Counted from the first letter of the stretch, positions 8,341 to 19,984 are shown. The stretch is DNA of 64,000 nucleotides from Candidatus Fervidifonticultor tertius (GCA_031459235.1 JAVKIY010000001.1:56708-120707); one strand, 5' to 3'. The notes: generated by a model not told the origin, from the sequence alone. A program made the numbers and translations.

Positions 8341-10059
8341 TCAGCCCACGGCGCGTGTGCGCATTGCGTCAGCGACCAGCGCCACCGGAACCGACCCGTA
8401 CGACAGCAACCGGTCGTGGAAGTCGCGGAGCACGAACCCCGGCTGCTGCGCAAGATCACGGCGCAGCGCATGGATGAGGTGTGTGCCCACCAGGTACATG
8501 AGCGCCGCGCCCGGGAACATACTGTTCTTCACGGCTTCCGCCCGCGCGGCCTCGGGCGACATACCGGCGCGGTCGCGGTAGGTGTCGGCGGCCCGCTCGA
8601 GCGTCCACTCGCCGCGGTGGAGCCGCACGTCGACGACCGCCCGCGCGGCCATACGCAGTCGTGAGTGGGCCTGCGCCAGTTGCTGCAGCGGGTCGAGGAA
8701 ACCGATCTCTTCCATAAGATCCGTCGCGTAGCACGCCCAGCCCTCGGCCATCGTCCCGCCGCAGAACATGGCGATCCGGCTCGCGCAGTCAACCGCCGCG
8801 ACCCGCCCGATGCGAGACCCGGCGCGGTGGTACGCATACCAGTTCTGCACGTGATGGCCCAGCGCGCCGTGGTGGATCACGTGATTGAGGGTGATCACGC
8901 CGTCGTTCGTCGCGCGCAGGCGGCGCAACTGCTCCGCGGGCGGCATGTCGGGGTCGATCGGTGTCACCAGGTAGTCCACCACGGCCATCCGGTCAAACGG
9001 CGCCGGCGCACGGTAGCACAGGAAGTAGAGCGACGGTGCGGCTTCGCGCGCCCAGCGCGGCTGGGGCACGTAGCGGATTGGGTAGTCGGGCCAAGTGACC
9101 AGTCCGTGCCGCTCGGCCTCTGCGCGGACGGCGTGCCAGACCTCCGTGTACCGCTCGTAGTAGCGGTCGGCGGGCGGGTGGCGGTCCGCGAGCGCGGCCA
9201 GGGCCTCGTGCCAGGACGCAAAGCCGAGCGCGGCCGCGCCTTCGCGCAGCCGCGCGTCCCACAGCGCCAGATGCTCCTCGCCGAGCGCCACCACGTCGTC
9301 GGCAGACATGTCAAGCCAGTGCCCGCGCCGAAGCAGCAACTCCAGCGCCTCAGCGCCGCACGCGTAGCCGTCGGTGGCACATGCCAGCAGTTCGTCCCGC
9401 AGGTATCCTTGCAGGCGGCGGAACGCCTGGGCGGCCGACGCTGCGGCGTCGCGAAACCGTGGGTGTGTGATACCCGCCTCGCGCGCAAGTATCTCGGCGC
9501 CGCGCTCGAAGAACGCCAGCGCGCCGTCGCACTCGCGGATGGCTCGCTCGGTCCAGGCCCGCGGCGCCCGGCGGACGGTCGAGGCCGCCTGCGCCAGAAA
9601 GCCAGGGATAGCGAACATGCGCATGACCGCGGCCTCAACCCGATCGCGTAGCGGTGCGAACGGCCGCAGGAACAGCGCCAGCACGCCGAAGACGGCCTCG
9701 CCGGTGTAGACGCAGGGATTGCCCAGGTGGAAGTGAGTCGAGCCGTACTCCCACCGCTGCACATCGAGGAACCCCTCGGCCAGCCGGCGATCGAGCGCCT
9801 CGGCTTCGGTCAGCGGCTCACGCGGCAGGCTGCAGAATCGTACCCGCAGGGTCTCGATTGCGCGCACGGTGTCGCCGGCCGCGGCCTCGGAGAAGTCGGG
9901 CAGCCGGTGGTCGTGGTCGTGCACGCCGATGAACGTCGCGTTGATGGGATACGTAGCGTAGTACCACGCGAAGAAGTCGTCAAGAGCCGTGGCGAGCGCC
10001 GGCGCACCGCACACAGCCGCTCCGTCCTTCGGTGTACGATGGCGGTCGAGGTCAGTCAT
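8341..10059 (-). CDS. DUF885 domain-containing protein
   Basis: 572 aa; length and N-terminal FFAWYYATYPINATFIGVHDHDHRL region recalled as DUF885-like; overlaps next gene start by 8 nt. Confidence 0.6.
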   Translation of the reverse strand: MTDLDRHRTPKDGAAVCGAPALATALDDFFAWYYATYPINATFIGVHDHDHRLPDFSEAAAGDTVRAIETLRVRFCSLPREPLTEAEALDRRLAEGFLDVQRWEYGSTHFHLGNPCVYTGEAVFGVLALFLRPFAPLRDRVEAAVMRMFAIPGFLAQAASTVRRAPRAWTERAIRECDGALAFFERGAEILAREAGITHPRFRDAAASAAQAFRRLQGYLRDELLACATDGYACGAEALELLLRRGHWLDMSADDVVALGEEHLALWDARLREGAAALGFASWHEALAALADRHPPADRYYERYTEVWHAVRAEAERHGLVTWPDYPIRYVPQPRWAREAAPSLYFLCYRAPAPFDRMAVVDYLVTPIDPDMPPAEQLRRLRATNDGVITLNHVIHHGALGHHVQNWYAYHRAGSRIGRVAAVDCASRIAMFCGGTMAEGWACYATDLMEEIGFLDPLQQLAQAHSRLRMAARAVVDVRLHRGEWTLERAADTYRDRAGMSPEAARAEAVKNSMFPGAALMYLVGTHLIHALRRDLAQQPGFVLRDFHDRLLSYGSVPVALVADAMRTRAVG

Positions 10060-11173
10060 CGAGGGGTAGCTCGATCCACCGCCGCCGGTGATGCGACCGC
10101 TCGACGGCGTTGATCACCTCCTGCACCCGGGCGCCGTCCTCGAAGTTCCCCTGATTGCGGCTCCCACCCTCGAGGATCTCGTCGATGAAGTCCCTGATCA
10201 GATTGGCGTAGAACAGTGACCGCCACGACTCGCGCGCGTGCCCGCCTGCCGGGTAGAAACGCTGGGGAATCTCAAGCGGCTTGAACTCGACGCTGTCCGG
10301 CGTCGCAACCCGAATCGTCTCGGCCACGCCAAACTCCTCAACCAGCCGGCAAATGATCGCACCCTTGCTGCCGTAAATGCGCGCCTCGACGCCGGGGTAG
10401 TTGCCGATCGTCACGAACGACGTCTGGATCGAGCCGAGCGCACCGTTGGCATACTCCACCAGGTGGATGTCGCCGTCGTCGATGTTCATGCGCATCATGC
10501 GGCCGGTGGCCCGCACCATACGCTCGGGAATGAAGTTCCGCATCGTGCCCACGGTGCGGGCGTACGGTGCGCCCATCCACCACATGCCAATGTCAATAAT
10601 CGGCGCGCCGTAGCCCTCAAGGGACGACGTCTGCAGCACCGACTGATCGGCCGTGTGGTCCACCTGACGCAGCGGCACCTGCGGATCGAGCCACTGCGAG
10701 TTCTGCTCGTAGCCGTTGAAGATGAAGGGCACCCCGACGAACCCGTCATCGATCAGGGACTTCGCGTACTGCACGCCCGGGCTGTAGCGAAAGGTGAATC
10801 CGAGCTTGGTCTTGAGTCCCTTGCGCGCGGCGAGGTCGGCGGCCCGGCGCGTGTCACGGAAGTCGTAGGCCACGGGCTTCTCACACAGCACGTGCTTGCC
10901 GGCCTCGAGCGCGGCCGTGGCCAGCTCGTAGTGCGTGTGCGACGGCGTCGCGACGTCGATCACGTCGATGTCTGGACGTGAGACCACGGCCTGCCAGTCG
11001 CTTGTCGTCTCGCTGATGCCGAACTCCCCGGCCATCGCGTCCGCGCGGTCGCGGACGACATCGCACAACGTGACGACCTCACAGCGTGGATCACGCTGCC
11101 AGCCTGGAATGTGCGCGTGCCGGGCCCAGGCGCCAGCCCCGAGCACCGCCACGCGTAGCCTGTGCTGTATCAT
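10052..11173 (-). CDS. Gfo/Idh/MocA family oxidoreductase
   Basis: 373 aa; N-terminal Rossmann LRVAVLGAGAWARHAHIPGW and EKP motif (HVLCEKPVA). Confidence 0.8.
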   Translation of the reverse strand: MIQHRLRVAVLGAGAWARHAHIPGWQRDPRCEVVTLCDVVRDRADAMAGEFGISETTSDWQAVVSRPDIDVIDVATPSHTHYELATAALEAGKHVLCEKPVAYDFRDTRRAADLAARKGLKTKLGFTFRYSPGVQYAKSLIDDGFVGVPFIFNGYEQNSQWLDPQVPLRQVDHTADQSVLQTSSLEGYGAPIIDIGMWWMGAPYARTVGTMRNFIPERMVRATGRMMRMNIDDGDIHLVEYANGALGSIQTSFVTIGNYPGVEARIYGSKGAIICRLVEEFGVAETIRVATPDSVEFKPLEIPQRFYPAGGHARESWRSLFYANLIRDFIDEILEGGSRNQGNFEDGARVQEVINAVERSHHRRRWIELPLDD

Positions 11174-11592
11174 GGTGCTGCCTCCTCGATCAGGACGCCG
11201 CGCGCGCCACGGGTTTGACGCGGTCGCTGCGCAGCGACCGAAGCAGGGCTTCGATCACACGAAGGTTCGCGACCGCGTCCGGTCAGCCCGCAGTCGATGG
11301 GGGCCACGCGCCCGCCCTCGAACTGCAGGGCCGCGCCCAGAACCCCGTCCACAAGCTGGGTAGCGGGACGTAAACCGTGCCGACCTCCAGATTGGCCGGC
11401 AGCGCATTGTAGGAGCCGCGGGCCCTGGGAATCCTCAGACGCGCCGCCGCATCCTGCGCCCGTATCGTCGAGCGGCAGGCGATCGCGACCAGGCGTCCGT
11501 TCGCCGAAGACTTGGATCGCGGGGATGACCGCGCGGACGGCGATGTTGGCAACGCTCAGGGCTTCCCAGCGCAGCTGCGCCATGTGCCCTCC
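11174..11592 (-). pseudogene. possible decayed remnant of the missing peptide ABC ATPase gene(s)
   Basis: No intact ORF; minus-strand frames give short ABC-ATPase-like snatches (MAQLRWEALSV...VRAV; ...NGRLVAIACRS resembling QRVAIARA) in different frames; sits where dppD/dppF normally follow the permeases. Confidence 0.2.
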
Positions 11593-12495
11593 TCAGTTCC
11601 GCAGCCACGGATCCAACGCGTCGCGCAACCCGTCGCCGAGCAGGTTGATCGACAGCACGGCGGTCATGATCGCCAGGCCGGGGAACGTGGTCATCCACCA
11701 AGCGACCCGCAGGTAGTTCCGGCCCTCGGACAGCAGGGCCCCCCACTCCGGTTCGGGCGGCCGTGCGCCGAGCCCGAGGTAGCTGAGCGCGGCAGCGGCG
11801 ATGATCGCGCCCGCGACGCCGAGCGTGCCGAGTACGATGATCGGCGCCACGGTGTTGGGCAGGATGTGCCGGAGCATGATGCGGGCGTTCGTGCACCCCG
11901 TGGCGCGCGCGGCCTCGACGTAGGTCTGGCTCTTCGCCGCCAGCACGGTTGCCCGCACCACTCGGCCGTAGGTCGGGGATGCGGAGATGCCCACGGCCAG
12001 CATCGCATTGAATAGGTCGGGGCCTAGGATCGCAATGATGACCAAAGCCAGCAGGATGCCGGGAAACGTTAGCATTAGATCCACCAGGCGCATGAGCAGC
12101 CGATCGGCTAACCCGCCGTAGAAGCCCGACACGAGGCCGAGCGGCACGCCAATCAAGATGGCGATCGTTACCGAGATGAGCCCGGTCAACAAGGAAATCC
12201 GCGCTCCGAAGAGAATACGCGTGGCCACGTCGCGGCCGAGCACGTCGGTGCCGAAGAGGTGGCTCAACGACGGCGGCAGCAGCCGGTCGGCCGGGTTCAC
12301 CGCGAGTGGCTCGTACGGCGTCAGCAGCGGCGCCGCCACCGCAGTCAGGATCAAGGCCACAAGCGCAATCCCGCCCGCGACCGCACTCGTGGAGCGGCGC
12401 AGCCGGCGCAAGACCTCGCGCCACGGAGACCGCGGCCGAGCCTCGATCGCCGCCCGCGCGTCACTCGAATCGAATGCGCGGGTCCAGGTAGGCAT
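11593..12495 (-). CDS. peptide/nickel ABC transporter permease (DppC/OppC-like)
   Basis: 300 aa; SPWREVLRRLRRS N-terminal motif and EAARATG permease signature; 35 nt overlap with upstream permease (start may be later). Confidence 0.8.
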   Translation of the reverse strand: MPTWTRAFDSSDARAAIEARPRSPWREVLRRLRRSTSAVAGGIALVALILTAVAAPLLTPYEPLAVNPADRLLPPSLSHLFGTDVLGRDVATRILFGARISLLTGLISVTIAILIGVPLGLVSGFYGGLADRLLMRLVDLMLTFPGILLALVIIAILGPDLFNAMLAVGISASPTYGRVVRATVLAAKSQTYVEAARATGCTNARIMLRHILPNTVAPIIVLGTLGVAGAIIAAAALSYLGLGARPPEPEWGALLSEGRNYLRVAWWMTTFPGLAIMTAVLSINLLGDGLRDALDPWLRN

Positions 12496-13384
12496 ACGAG
12501 AGGTCCACGACGAGGTTCACCACGATATACACCAGCGCCACAAATAACACCGCGCCCTGCACCAGGGGGAAGTCCTTCGCCAAAATCGCATCGACCATCA
12601 GCTTACCGACCCCGGGCCTGGCGAAGACCGTTTCGGTAATGACCGCGCCCGATAGCAGGGTTCCGAGTTGCAGACCCATGACGGTGACGACGGCGATGAA
12701 CGCGTTCTTGAGCACATGCCGCCGCACCACCAGGGTCTCGCGAAGTCCCTTGGACCGCGCCGTGGTCACGTACGGCTGCCAGAGCACCTCGAGCACGCTC
12801 GAGCGCACCAACCGCGCGAGCGTGGCCGACGAGACGAATCCCAGGGCAAACGCCGGCAGCACCAAGCGGTTCCAGCCGCCGAAACCCGTCACGGGGAACC
12901 ATCCCAGTTTGATCGAGAACACGAAGATCAGCATTGCCGCCAGCCAGAAGATCGGCATTGACACGCCCCCGAGCGCTACCAGCATCGCCGCGGCATCGAC
13001 CCAGGTCGAACGCCGCAGCGCCGAGACGAGCCCCAGGCCCAGACCGAGCCCTCCGGCTACAACGAAGGCGGCGAGCGCGAGTTGCGCCGACGAACCGATG
13101 CGCGACCGCACCTCTTCGAGCACCGGCGTGCTATTGTGGATCGAGCGGCCGAGGTCACCCCGCAGGGCGCCGCCGAGAAAGTCGAAGTACTGCACCAGCA
13201 GCGGCCGGTGCAGGCCCATCTGCCGCCGGACCTGCTCCAATCGCTCAGGCGTCACCGGTTGATCCCCAAAGAAGATGATCGCCGGATCGCCCGGCACGAG
13301 GTGGAGCATCAGGAAAACCAGCAGCGAAACGGCCAGCAGGGTCGGAATGGTAAGCAGCAGACGCTTAGCGAGGTACTGCAGCAT
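12461..13384 (-). CDS. peptide/nickel ABC transporter permease (DppB/OppB-like)
   Basis: 307 aa; MLQYLAKRLLLTIPTLLAVSLLVFLM start and TARSKGL signature typical of DppB. Confidence 0.8.
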   Translation of the reverse strand: MLQYLAKRLLLTIPTLLAVSLLVFLMLHLVPGDPAIIFFGDQPVTPERLEQVRRQMGLHRPLLVQYFDFLGGALRGDLGRSIHNSTPVLEEVRSRIGSSAQLALAAFVVAGGLGLGLGLVSALRRSTWVDAAAMLVALGGVSMPIFWLAAMLIFVFSIKLGWFPVTGFGGWNRLVLPAFALGFVSSATLARLVRSSVLEVLWQPYVTTARSKGLRETLVVRRHVLKNAFIAVVTVMGLQLGTLLSGAVITETVFARPGVGKLMVDAILAKDFPLVQGAVLFVALVYIVVNLVVDLSYAYLDPRIRFE

Positions 13385-13449
13385 GAGCAGGCGTCAACCG
13401 GGGGAGCCGGACGTGTACGCCGGCCCCCCGGAGTCATAACCGTCAAGCG

Positions 13450-15087
13450 TCAGCGCTGAATGCGCGTGTCGTAGAAGTACGGGTAGTTCCCACCCCAGTC
13501 CACCCACACGCCCGAGACGCTCCGGTCGTGCGCATACAGCGACGGCGGATCGGTCAGGTAGACCATGACGGCCTCATCGATGACCTTCTGCTGTGCCCGT
13601 ACAATGAGCTCCTTGCGGCGGGCCGGGTCGGCCGTCGCCTCGATCTGCTCGATAAGCCGGTCCATGTCGGCATTCCGGTAGTTGTTGCGGTTCGTCCCGC
13701 CGCCGGCATTGCGCGAGTGGAACAGGATGCGGAGCATCTGCCCCGGGTCGGTGCCCGTGTCCCACCAGTACTGAATGTGGTGCCGGCCTTGCCGCACCGC
13801 GTCAAGGTATCCAGCGCGTGCCAGCACGTTCAAGTTGACGTCGATGCCGACCTGCCGGAGGTTGGCCTGAACGAACGCTGCCATTTCCTGGTTCTTCTGC
13901 GGCGTGGGCTGCAAATAGAACTCGAGCCGCAGGCGCTCGTTGCCCCTAGCCCGGATGCCGTCCGGCCCCGTGCGCCAGCCGGCTTCTTCGAGCAGCCGCC
14001 GCGCCTGATCTGGATTGTACGGGACCTTCGTGCAGGTCTCCTGATCGAACCCGAACATGACGCGCGTCAGCGGGCTGCATGCCGGCCTGTGAATGCTGTT
14101 CCAGACCGTGCGCACCAGCCCGTCCTTGTCGATCGCGTGCATGATGGCGCGTCGCAGCGGCAGTTCGTTCATCGGCGGCCGTGTCTGATTCATCATCAGC
14201 GACCAGCCCGACCCGCCTTGCGGAATCTCCAACAGCACTTTGTCACGCGTGCTCTTGAGCCGCTGGTAGTCAGTAACGGGCACATCTTCGATGAACAACG
14301 TCTCGCCCGTTTCCAGCGTCGCCAGCCGCGTCGCCTCCTCAGGCACAATGCGGTAGACGATGTTCTGCAGGTAGGGCAGCCCCTCGTGCTTAAAGATGCG
14401 CGCGCCCCAATTGTAGTTGGGGTTCCGGATCAAGCGCACCTCGGCGTCGGTGCGGTACGACTGCAGCATGAAGGGCCCGGTACCGACGAAGACCACACGG
14501 CCGAAGTCCCGGCCATAGCGCTGTACCGCCGTGGGCGAGACGATCCCCAGGTAGGGGCTGCTGGCGCCGTTCAGAAATGCCGCGTGCCCGCTCTTGAACC
14601 GCACCCGCACCGTGTATCGATCGACTACCTCGGTCCGATCATACGGCCCGATGAAGCTGAACGCGGTTTGCGCTCGTGTCTCGGGATCGACGATGCGGTC
14701 GAACGTAACCTTGACGGCCTCGGCGTTGAACGGCGTGCCGTCGTGAAACTTCACATCCTCGCGCAGCTTGAACGTGTAGACGGTCGCGTCGGGCGAGATC
14801 GTCCAGGAGGTGGCCAGGCCCGGCGCGTACTGCCCGGCGCCAGTGGACCAGACCAGCGGATCGACGATGTGCAGGCCGATCCGGCCCACGCGAGTGAACG
14901 TCGTCGTGGTCACATCGAGGGTGTCAAAGCCACCGGCCATGCCGTAGGTCAGCGTACCAGTGGCCTGGGCCTGCGCGTACGCCGCGCGCGGATTCGCGAA
15001 CCGCGGCACAACCTGCGATGCGGCCAGTGCGCCGGCGGTCACACCGGCCCGGCGCAAGAACTCCCGTCGCCTGATGCGCTCCACCAA
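13450..15087 (-). CDS. ABC transporter substrate-binding protein, family 5 (peptide/nickel), Tat signal
   Basis: 545 aa; RRREFLRRAG twin-arginine motif; family-5 SBP length and conserved core. Confidence 0.8.
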   Translation of the reverse strand: MVERIRRREFLRRAGVTAGALAASQVVPRFANPRAAYAQAQATGTLTYGMAGGFDTLDVTTTTFTRVGRIGLHIVDPLVWSTGAGQYAPGLATSWTISPDATVYTFKLREDVKFHDGTPFNAEAVKVTFDRIVDPETRAQTAFSFIGPYDRTEVVDRYTVRVRFKSGHAAFLNGASSPYLGIVSPTAVQRYGRDFGRVVFVGTGPFMLQSYRTDAEVRLIRNPNYNWGARIFKHEGLPYLQNIVYRIVPEEATRLATLETGETLFIEDVPVTDYQRLKSTRDKVLLEIPQGGSGWSLMMNQTRPPMNELPLRRAIMHAIDKDGLVRTVWNSIHRPACSPLTRVMFGFDQETCTKVPYNPDQARRLLEEAGWRTGPDGIRARGNERLRLEFYLQPTPQKNQEMAAFVQANLRQVGIDVNLNVLARAGYLDAVRQGRHHIQYWWDTGTDPGQMLRILFHSRNAGGGTNRNNYRNADMDRLIEQIEATADPARRKELIVRAQQKVIDEAVMVYLTDPPSLYAHDRSVSGVWVDWGGNYPYFYDTRIQR

Positions 15088-15300
15088 AGAGCCCCCCTCC
15101 GTATAGTGTGGAATCAGTAGTTCTTCCTCCCCGTACCTGCACCTCTATCTGGACGACCCAGCCTCGACCGTGGCAAAGGGGCGGCATCAGGCCGTATCTT
15201 GTCTGGAGTCGTTTTTCTTAGTCCTCCGCGAGTCCTGCCGAACGGTATCGCAGGCACCGGACAGCGTCACCGCGGGAGCCTGTGTCGTGTCTCGATTCAC

Positions 15301-15309
15301 TGCTACAAT
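15301..15309 (+). promoter_or_regulatory. extended -10 promoter element (TGcTACAAT) upstream of the mutase gene
   Basis: TGC+TACAAT at 15301-15309, 40 nt before ATG 15349, which is preceded by AGGAG. Confidence 0.3.
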
Positions 15310-15348
15310 ACCCACAAGAGCCAACCCCCTCGCCCAGGAGCGCCGCCC

Positions 15349-16956
<1,608 letters not shown>

Positions 16957-16996
16957 TCGGGTCTCATCAGAGCCGGGCCCGTGGCGGGCGAGTCGA

Positions 16997-17025
16997 TTGA
17001 ATAGGTGCATCACTCGTGCTATCAT
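16997..17025 (+). promoter_or_regulatory. promoter for vapBC (-35 TTGAAT, 17 bp, -10 TATCAT) giving a likely leaderless transcript
   Basis: -10 ends 6 nt before the vapB ATG (17032), so predicted TSS coincides with the start codon. Confidence 0.4.
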
Positions 17026-17031
17026 GATGAT

Positions 17032-17256
17032 ATGAATCGCACCACAGTGTCGCTTCCAGAAGAGCTTCTCACTCGCCTGCGGCTGATGGCTGCGGAGCGG
17101 GGGACATCCATGGCCACGCTCATCCGGCAGGCACTGGAGGAGAGCGTAAGGCGCCATCGGCCCCGCCCGAGGAGTCTCGGCGCCGGCGCCTCGGGTCGTT
17201 CCGACACGGCTCGCCGCACAGCAGAGGAGCGTCCTGAGCCGAGGGCGTGGCGCTAG
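17032..17256 (+). CDS. vapB: ribbon-helix-helix antitoxin (VapB/CopG-like)
   Basis: MNRTTVSLPEELLTRLRLMAAERGTSMATLIRQALEE is a textbook RHH; overlaps PIN gene by 10 nt. Confidence 0.7.
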   Translation: MNRTTVSLPEELLTRLRLMAAERGTSMATLIRQALEESVRRHRPRPRSLGAGASGRSDTARRTAEERPEPRAWR

Positions 17257-17660
17257 TCCTCGACACCGGACCGCTCTACGCCTCCCTGGACCGCAGCGAT
17301 GCCGACCACGCGGCGTGTCGTCGCCTCATCGAGGCAGCCGATGAACCGCTCCTCATCCCGGCGCCGGTGCTGGTGGAAGTGGACTACTGGATTCATGCCC
17401 GGCTGCATGCCGGGGTCCTGGTGGCCCTGCTGGACGACGTTGTCTCCGGAGCCTACCGCGTGGAAGAGCTTCGCACAGAGGACTACCCGCGAATACGCGA
17501 GCTGTGCGACCGCTACGCCGATGCGGACATCGGGTTCGTCGATGCGGCTGTCCTGGCCATCGTCGAGCGCCTCAACGAGCCGAAGCTTGCGTCTCTCGAC
17601 CACCGACACTTCGGCGTTCTGCGGCCTCGGCACGTAGAGACGCTGAGACTCGTGCCCTAG
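17247..17660 (+). CDS. vapC: PIN-domain ribonuclease toxin VapC
   Basis: 137 aa; LVLDTGPLYA (first PIN Asp), later acidic residues (EVDYW, DADIGFVDAAV); GTG start. Confidence 0.8.
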   Translation: MALVLDTGPLYASLDRSDADHAACRRLIEAADEPLLIPAPVLVEVDYWIHARLHAGVLVALLDDVVSGAYRVEELRTEDYPRIRELCDRYADADIGFVDAAVLAIVERLNEPKLASLDHRHFGVLRPRHVETLRLVP

Positions 17661-17699
17661 CCATCGGAGCAGTCCACGGCCAGACGGTCAGGAGAGCCG

Positions 17700-18317
17700 G
17701 TGTCCTTCGCGATGAGGGGACGACTGCCAGGTGTGATCGTGCTGACGGGGATGCTCTCCTGGACCGCCGCTGCCCCCGGAGGGCCGACCGCGGAAGCGGC
17801 ACCCGCGCGCACTGTGTGCGCCGGACACACGGTCCACGTCGTGCCGGCGGGGATGCTGGCGGGCTTCCCGATCCGCCGCGCGGAGATCCGGAGGGGCCGC
17901 AGCATCGTCGCGGCCGCCGAGGACGCATAGGTCTCGGACGTCCGTTGGGAGGATGTCACTGGTGACGGCCGGCCGGAGGTCATCGTCGAACTCTACTCCG
18001 GCGGCATGCAGCCTCCCGCTCGTGGCTGCTATCGCGGCAGACGATTCGTGGACTGCACCGGGGGATTCCCTGCGATTGTCCGGGCGACGGCCAACGACTA
18101 CGCTGAACACCTTCGGCAGTTGCAGTGTGCGAGGTGTGACAGCGCGTTCGTGCGCGGTCAGGCGCTCGGCGTCTACGCCGCGTACGTGCTCCTCGGCCGG
18201 GACGCCGACGGGCTGGCGGTGGTCCGCCGCGTCGTGCCACAGCCCACGGAGATGACCTGGCTCGCGCGCAGCGCGCCGGGGTCATGGCCTGGCAGGCCCG
18301 TCGGGCGGGACGGTTGA
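17700..18317 (+). pseudogene. small secreted protein gene interrupted by an in-frame TAG at 17928-17930
   Basis: ORFs 17700-17930 and 18006-18317 share a reading frame and read through a single TAG; N-terminus has a signal peptide (MRGRLPGVIVLTGMLSWTAAAPGG); downstream part has a DVTGDGRPEVIVE FG-GAP-like motif; third-position GC is lower than in the core genes of this window. Confidence 0.4.
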
Positions 18318-19898
18318 CGCCGTCGGTCGCCTTGCCAGGTGCAGGGGCACAAGCTTGCCCTGCGCCGTGAGCGCCGGGGCGGCGCGCACAACCCGGATCG
18401 TTCCCACCTCGGTCCACAGGTTACGGCTCAGTCCTGTCAGGTGCTGCACGATCGTGCGGACGACGTCCGCCTCGTCGGCGACGGCGACGCGGGGGTGGAT
18501 CAGCAGGCGCAGGCGCGTGAACCCGGCGTCGTCCTCCTCCTCGACCATCTGGTAGTCGAGCGCGCTGCCACCGAACCGCGCGGGCAGCACCTCCTCGAGC
18601 ACCCGCACCATGTCGGTGGCGACCACCATCGTGCCCTCGCTGGTCAGCAGCCCGAAACTGCGGATCTCCCGCAGGTGGGCGGTGAAGCCATGGGCCTCCA
18701 GGGGACACCCGCACGCACGCGGCTCGAGGATCGCGTAGTCGCCGTTCTCGGCGTTCAGGAGGATCTTGCGCGCGGTCGGCGACAGCGAAGAAAAGTACAG
18801 CGCGGGCACGGTTGTCGCGGAGGCGCCAATCCGCCGCGGCGCCTGAATGATCGCGTGCAGGTCACGGTAGACGTGCACATCGTCGGGGGCCACGGGCCGC
18901 GCGCAGCCGAACCCGACGTTGCCGCCCTCGGTGAACGCGTACGCGGGCACCCAGCGGGCTCCGCTCCGCGCGATACCGGCCGCCTTGGCCGGTGTGATCG
19001 GCTCCCCGCCAGCGATCATGGTCACGCCGGCGAGGCTGAGCCCGTGCTCCTGCGCGGCCAGCGCGACGCGGAGCGCCGTGCTCGCCACGCACCGCAGCAC
19101 GCAGCCGCCATGGGCGGCCGCGGTTTGCGCCGCCCACCTGGCGACGACGTCCGCCCGGTCCAGCGGAACGTACCGCGGCCACGGCAGCCTGACGCCCGAC
19201 AGCCATCCCACGCCCACGATGCACATCGTCAGCGCCCGAGGTTTCAACCGCCGCACCGTCCACGACATCGGCGACGGCGAGAACCACCGCACGTGCCGCT
19301 GCCCGATGAACGCACCGCTGCGGAAGAGGTTGTTCACCGCGCTCGTATTGGGCAGGATGCCGCGCCACTGCCCCATCGGCAGCCCGCGCAGGCCGTGCGC
19401 CTCGAAGGCGAGCAGGGCATTGGGCGCCTCTGCCAGCAGGTTCTCGACGCTGACGCCGACCCGAATGACCGGCCCGGTGGTGCCGCCCGTCTCGGCCCCG
19501 TAGTCCGCGCGCAGGAGCGGGTTGTCGAAATCGGTGTCGCGCACCGGGACCACCAGGTCCCCGCGGACGATTGGGGTGCGGCCCTTGGCTTCCTCGGCGG
19601 TCACGTAGACGCCGGCGGCGCGCAGGGCCTCGAGCGCGGGCTCGAGCCCCCGGGCGCGCACGGTTTCCCGGAGGTCGCCGAGCGCACAGCCCGCGCGCGC
19701 GAGCAGCGGCAGGTACGGGCTGCGTGGGTTGCCGAAAACCGCGCGCTCGACGACCTCCAGAAAGTTCGCCTCGCGCGCCTCGAGGCGCCGGCGGACGATG
19801 GCGCGGGCCTGTTCGGCCGTGACGGGATGGCGCAGCGACTCGCGCAGCTTGCGGGCGAACCGGGCGTACTGCCGGGCCTCGGACCACACAGGTCTCAC
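18282..19898 (-). CDS. putative adenylate-forming enzyme (coenzyme F390 synthetase / PaaK-like family)
   Basis: 539 aa from GTG 19898 (RBS GAGGGAG); AMP-binding-like P-loop ETGGTTGPV; family placement from memory only. Confidence 0.4.
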   Translation of the reverse strand: MRPVWSEARQYARFARKLRESLRHPVTAEQARAIVRRRLEAREANFLEVVERAVFGNPRSPYLPLLARAGCALGDLRETVRARGLEPALEALRAAGVYVTAEEAKGRTPIVRGDLVVPVRDTDFDNPLLRADYGAETGGTTGPVIRVGVSVENLLAEAPNALLAFEAHGLRGLPMGQWRGILPNTSAVNNLFRSGAFIGQRHVRWFSPSPMSWTVRRLKPRALTMCIVGVGWLSGVRLPWPRYVPLDRADVVARWAAQTAAAHGGCVLRCVASTALRVALAAQEHGLSLAGVTMIAGGEPITPAKAAGIARSGARWVPAYAFTEGGNVGFGCARPVAPDDVHVYRDLHAIIQAPRRIGASATTVPALYFSSLSPTARKILLNAENGDYAILEPRACGCPLEAHGFTAHLREIRSFGLLTSEGTMVVATDMVRVLEEVLPARFGGSALDYQMVEEEDDAGFTRLRLLIHPRVAVADEADVVRTIVQHLTGLSRNLWTEVGTIRVVRAAPALTAQGKLVPLHLARRPTASTVPPDGPARP

Positions 19899-19984
19899 TG
19901 GCTGCTCCCTCGTGGAGTTCTTCCCCACGGCATCCTGCCACGGACCGGCTGGCCGGCGCGGTCCCTGAATGATACAACCTAACC

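Noticed and set aside
15088-15348. Cobalamin riboswitch upstream of the methylmalonyl-CoA mutase gene.
   Set aside because: No B12-box (GCCACUG-like) or conserved riboswitch core is visible, and the predicted promoter lies only about 40 nt upstream of the start codon, leaving no room for an aptamer.
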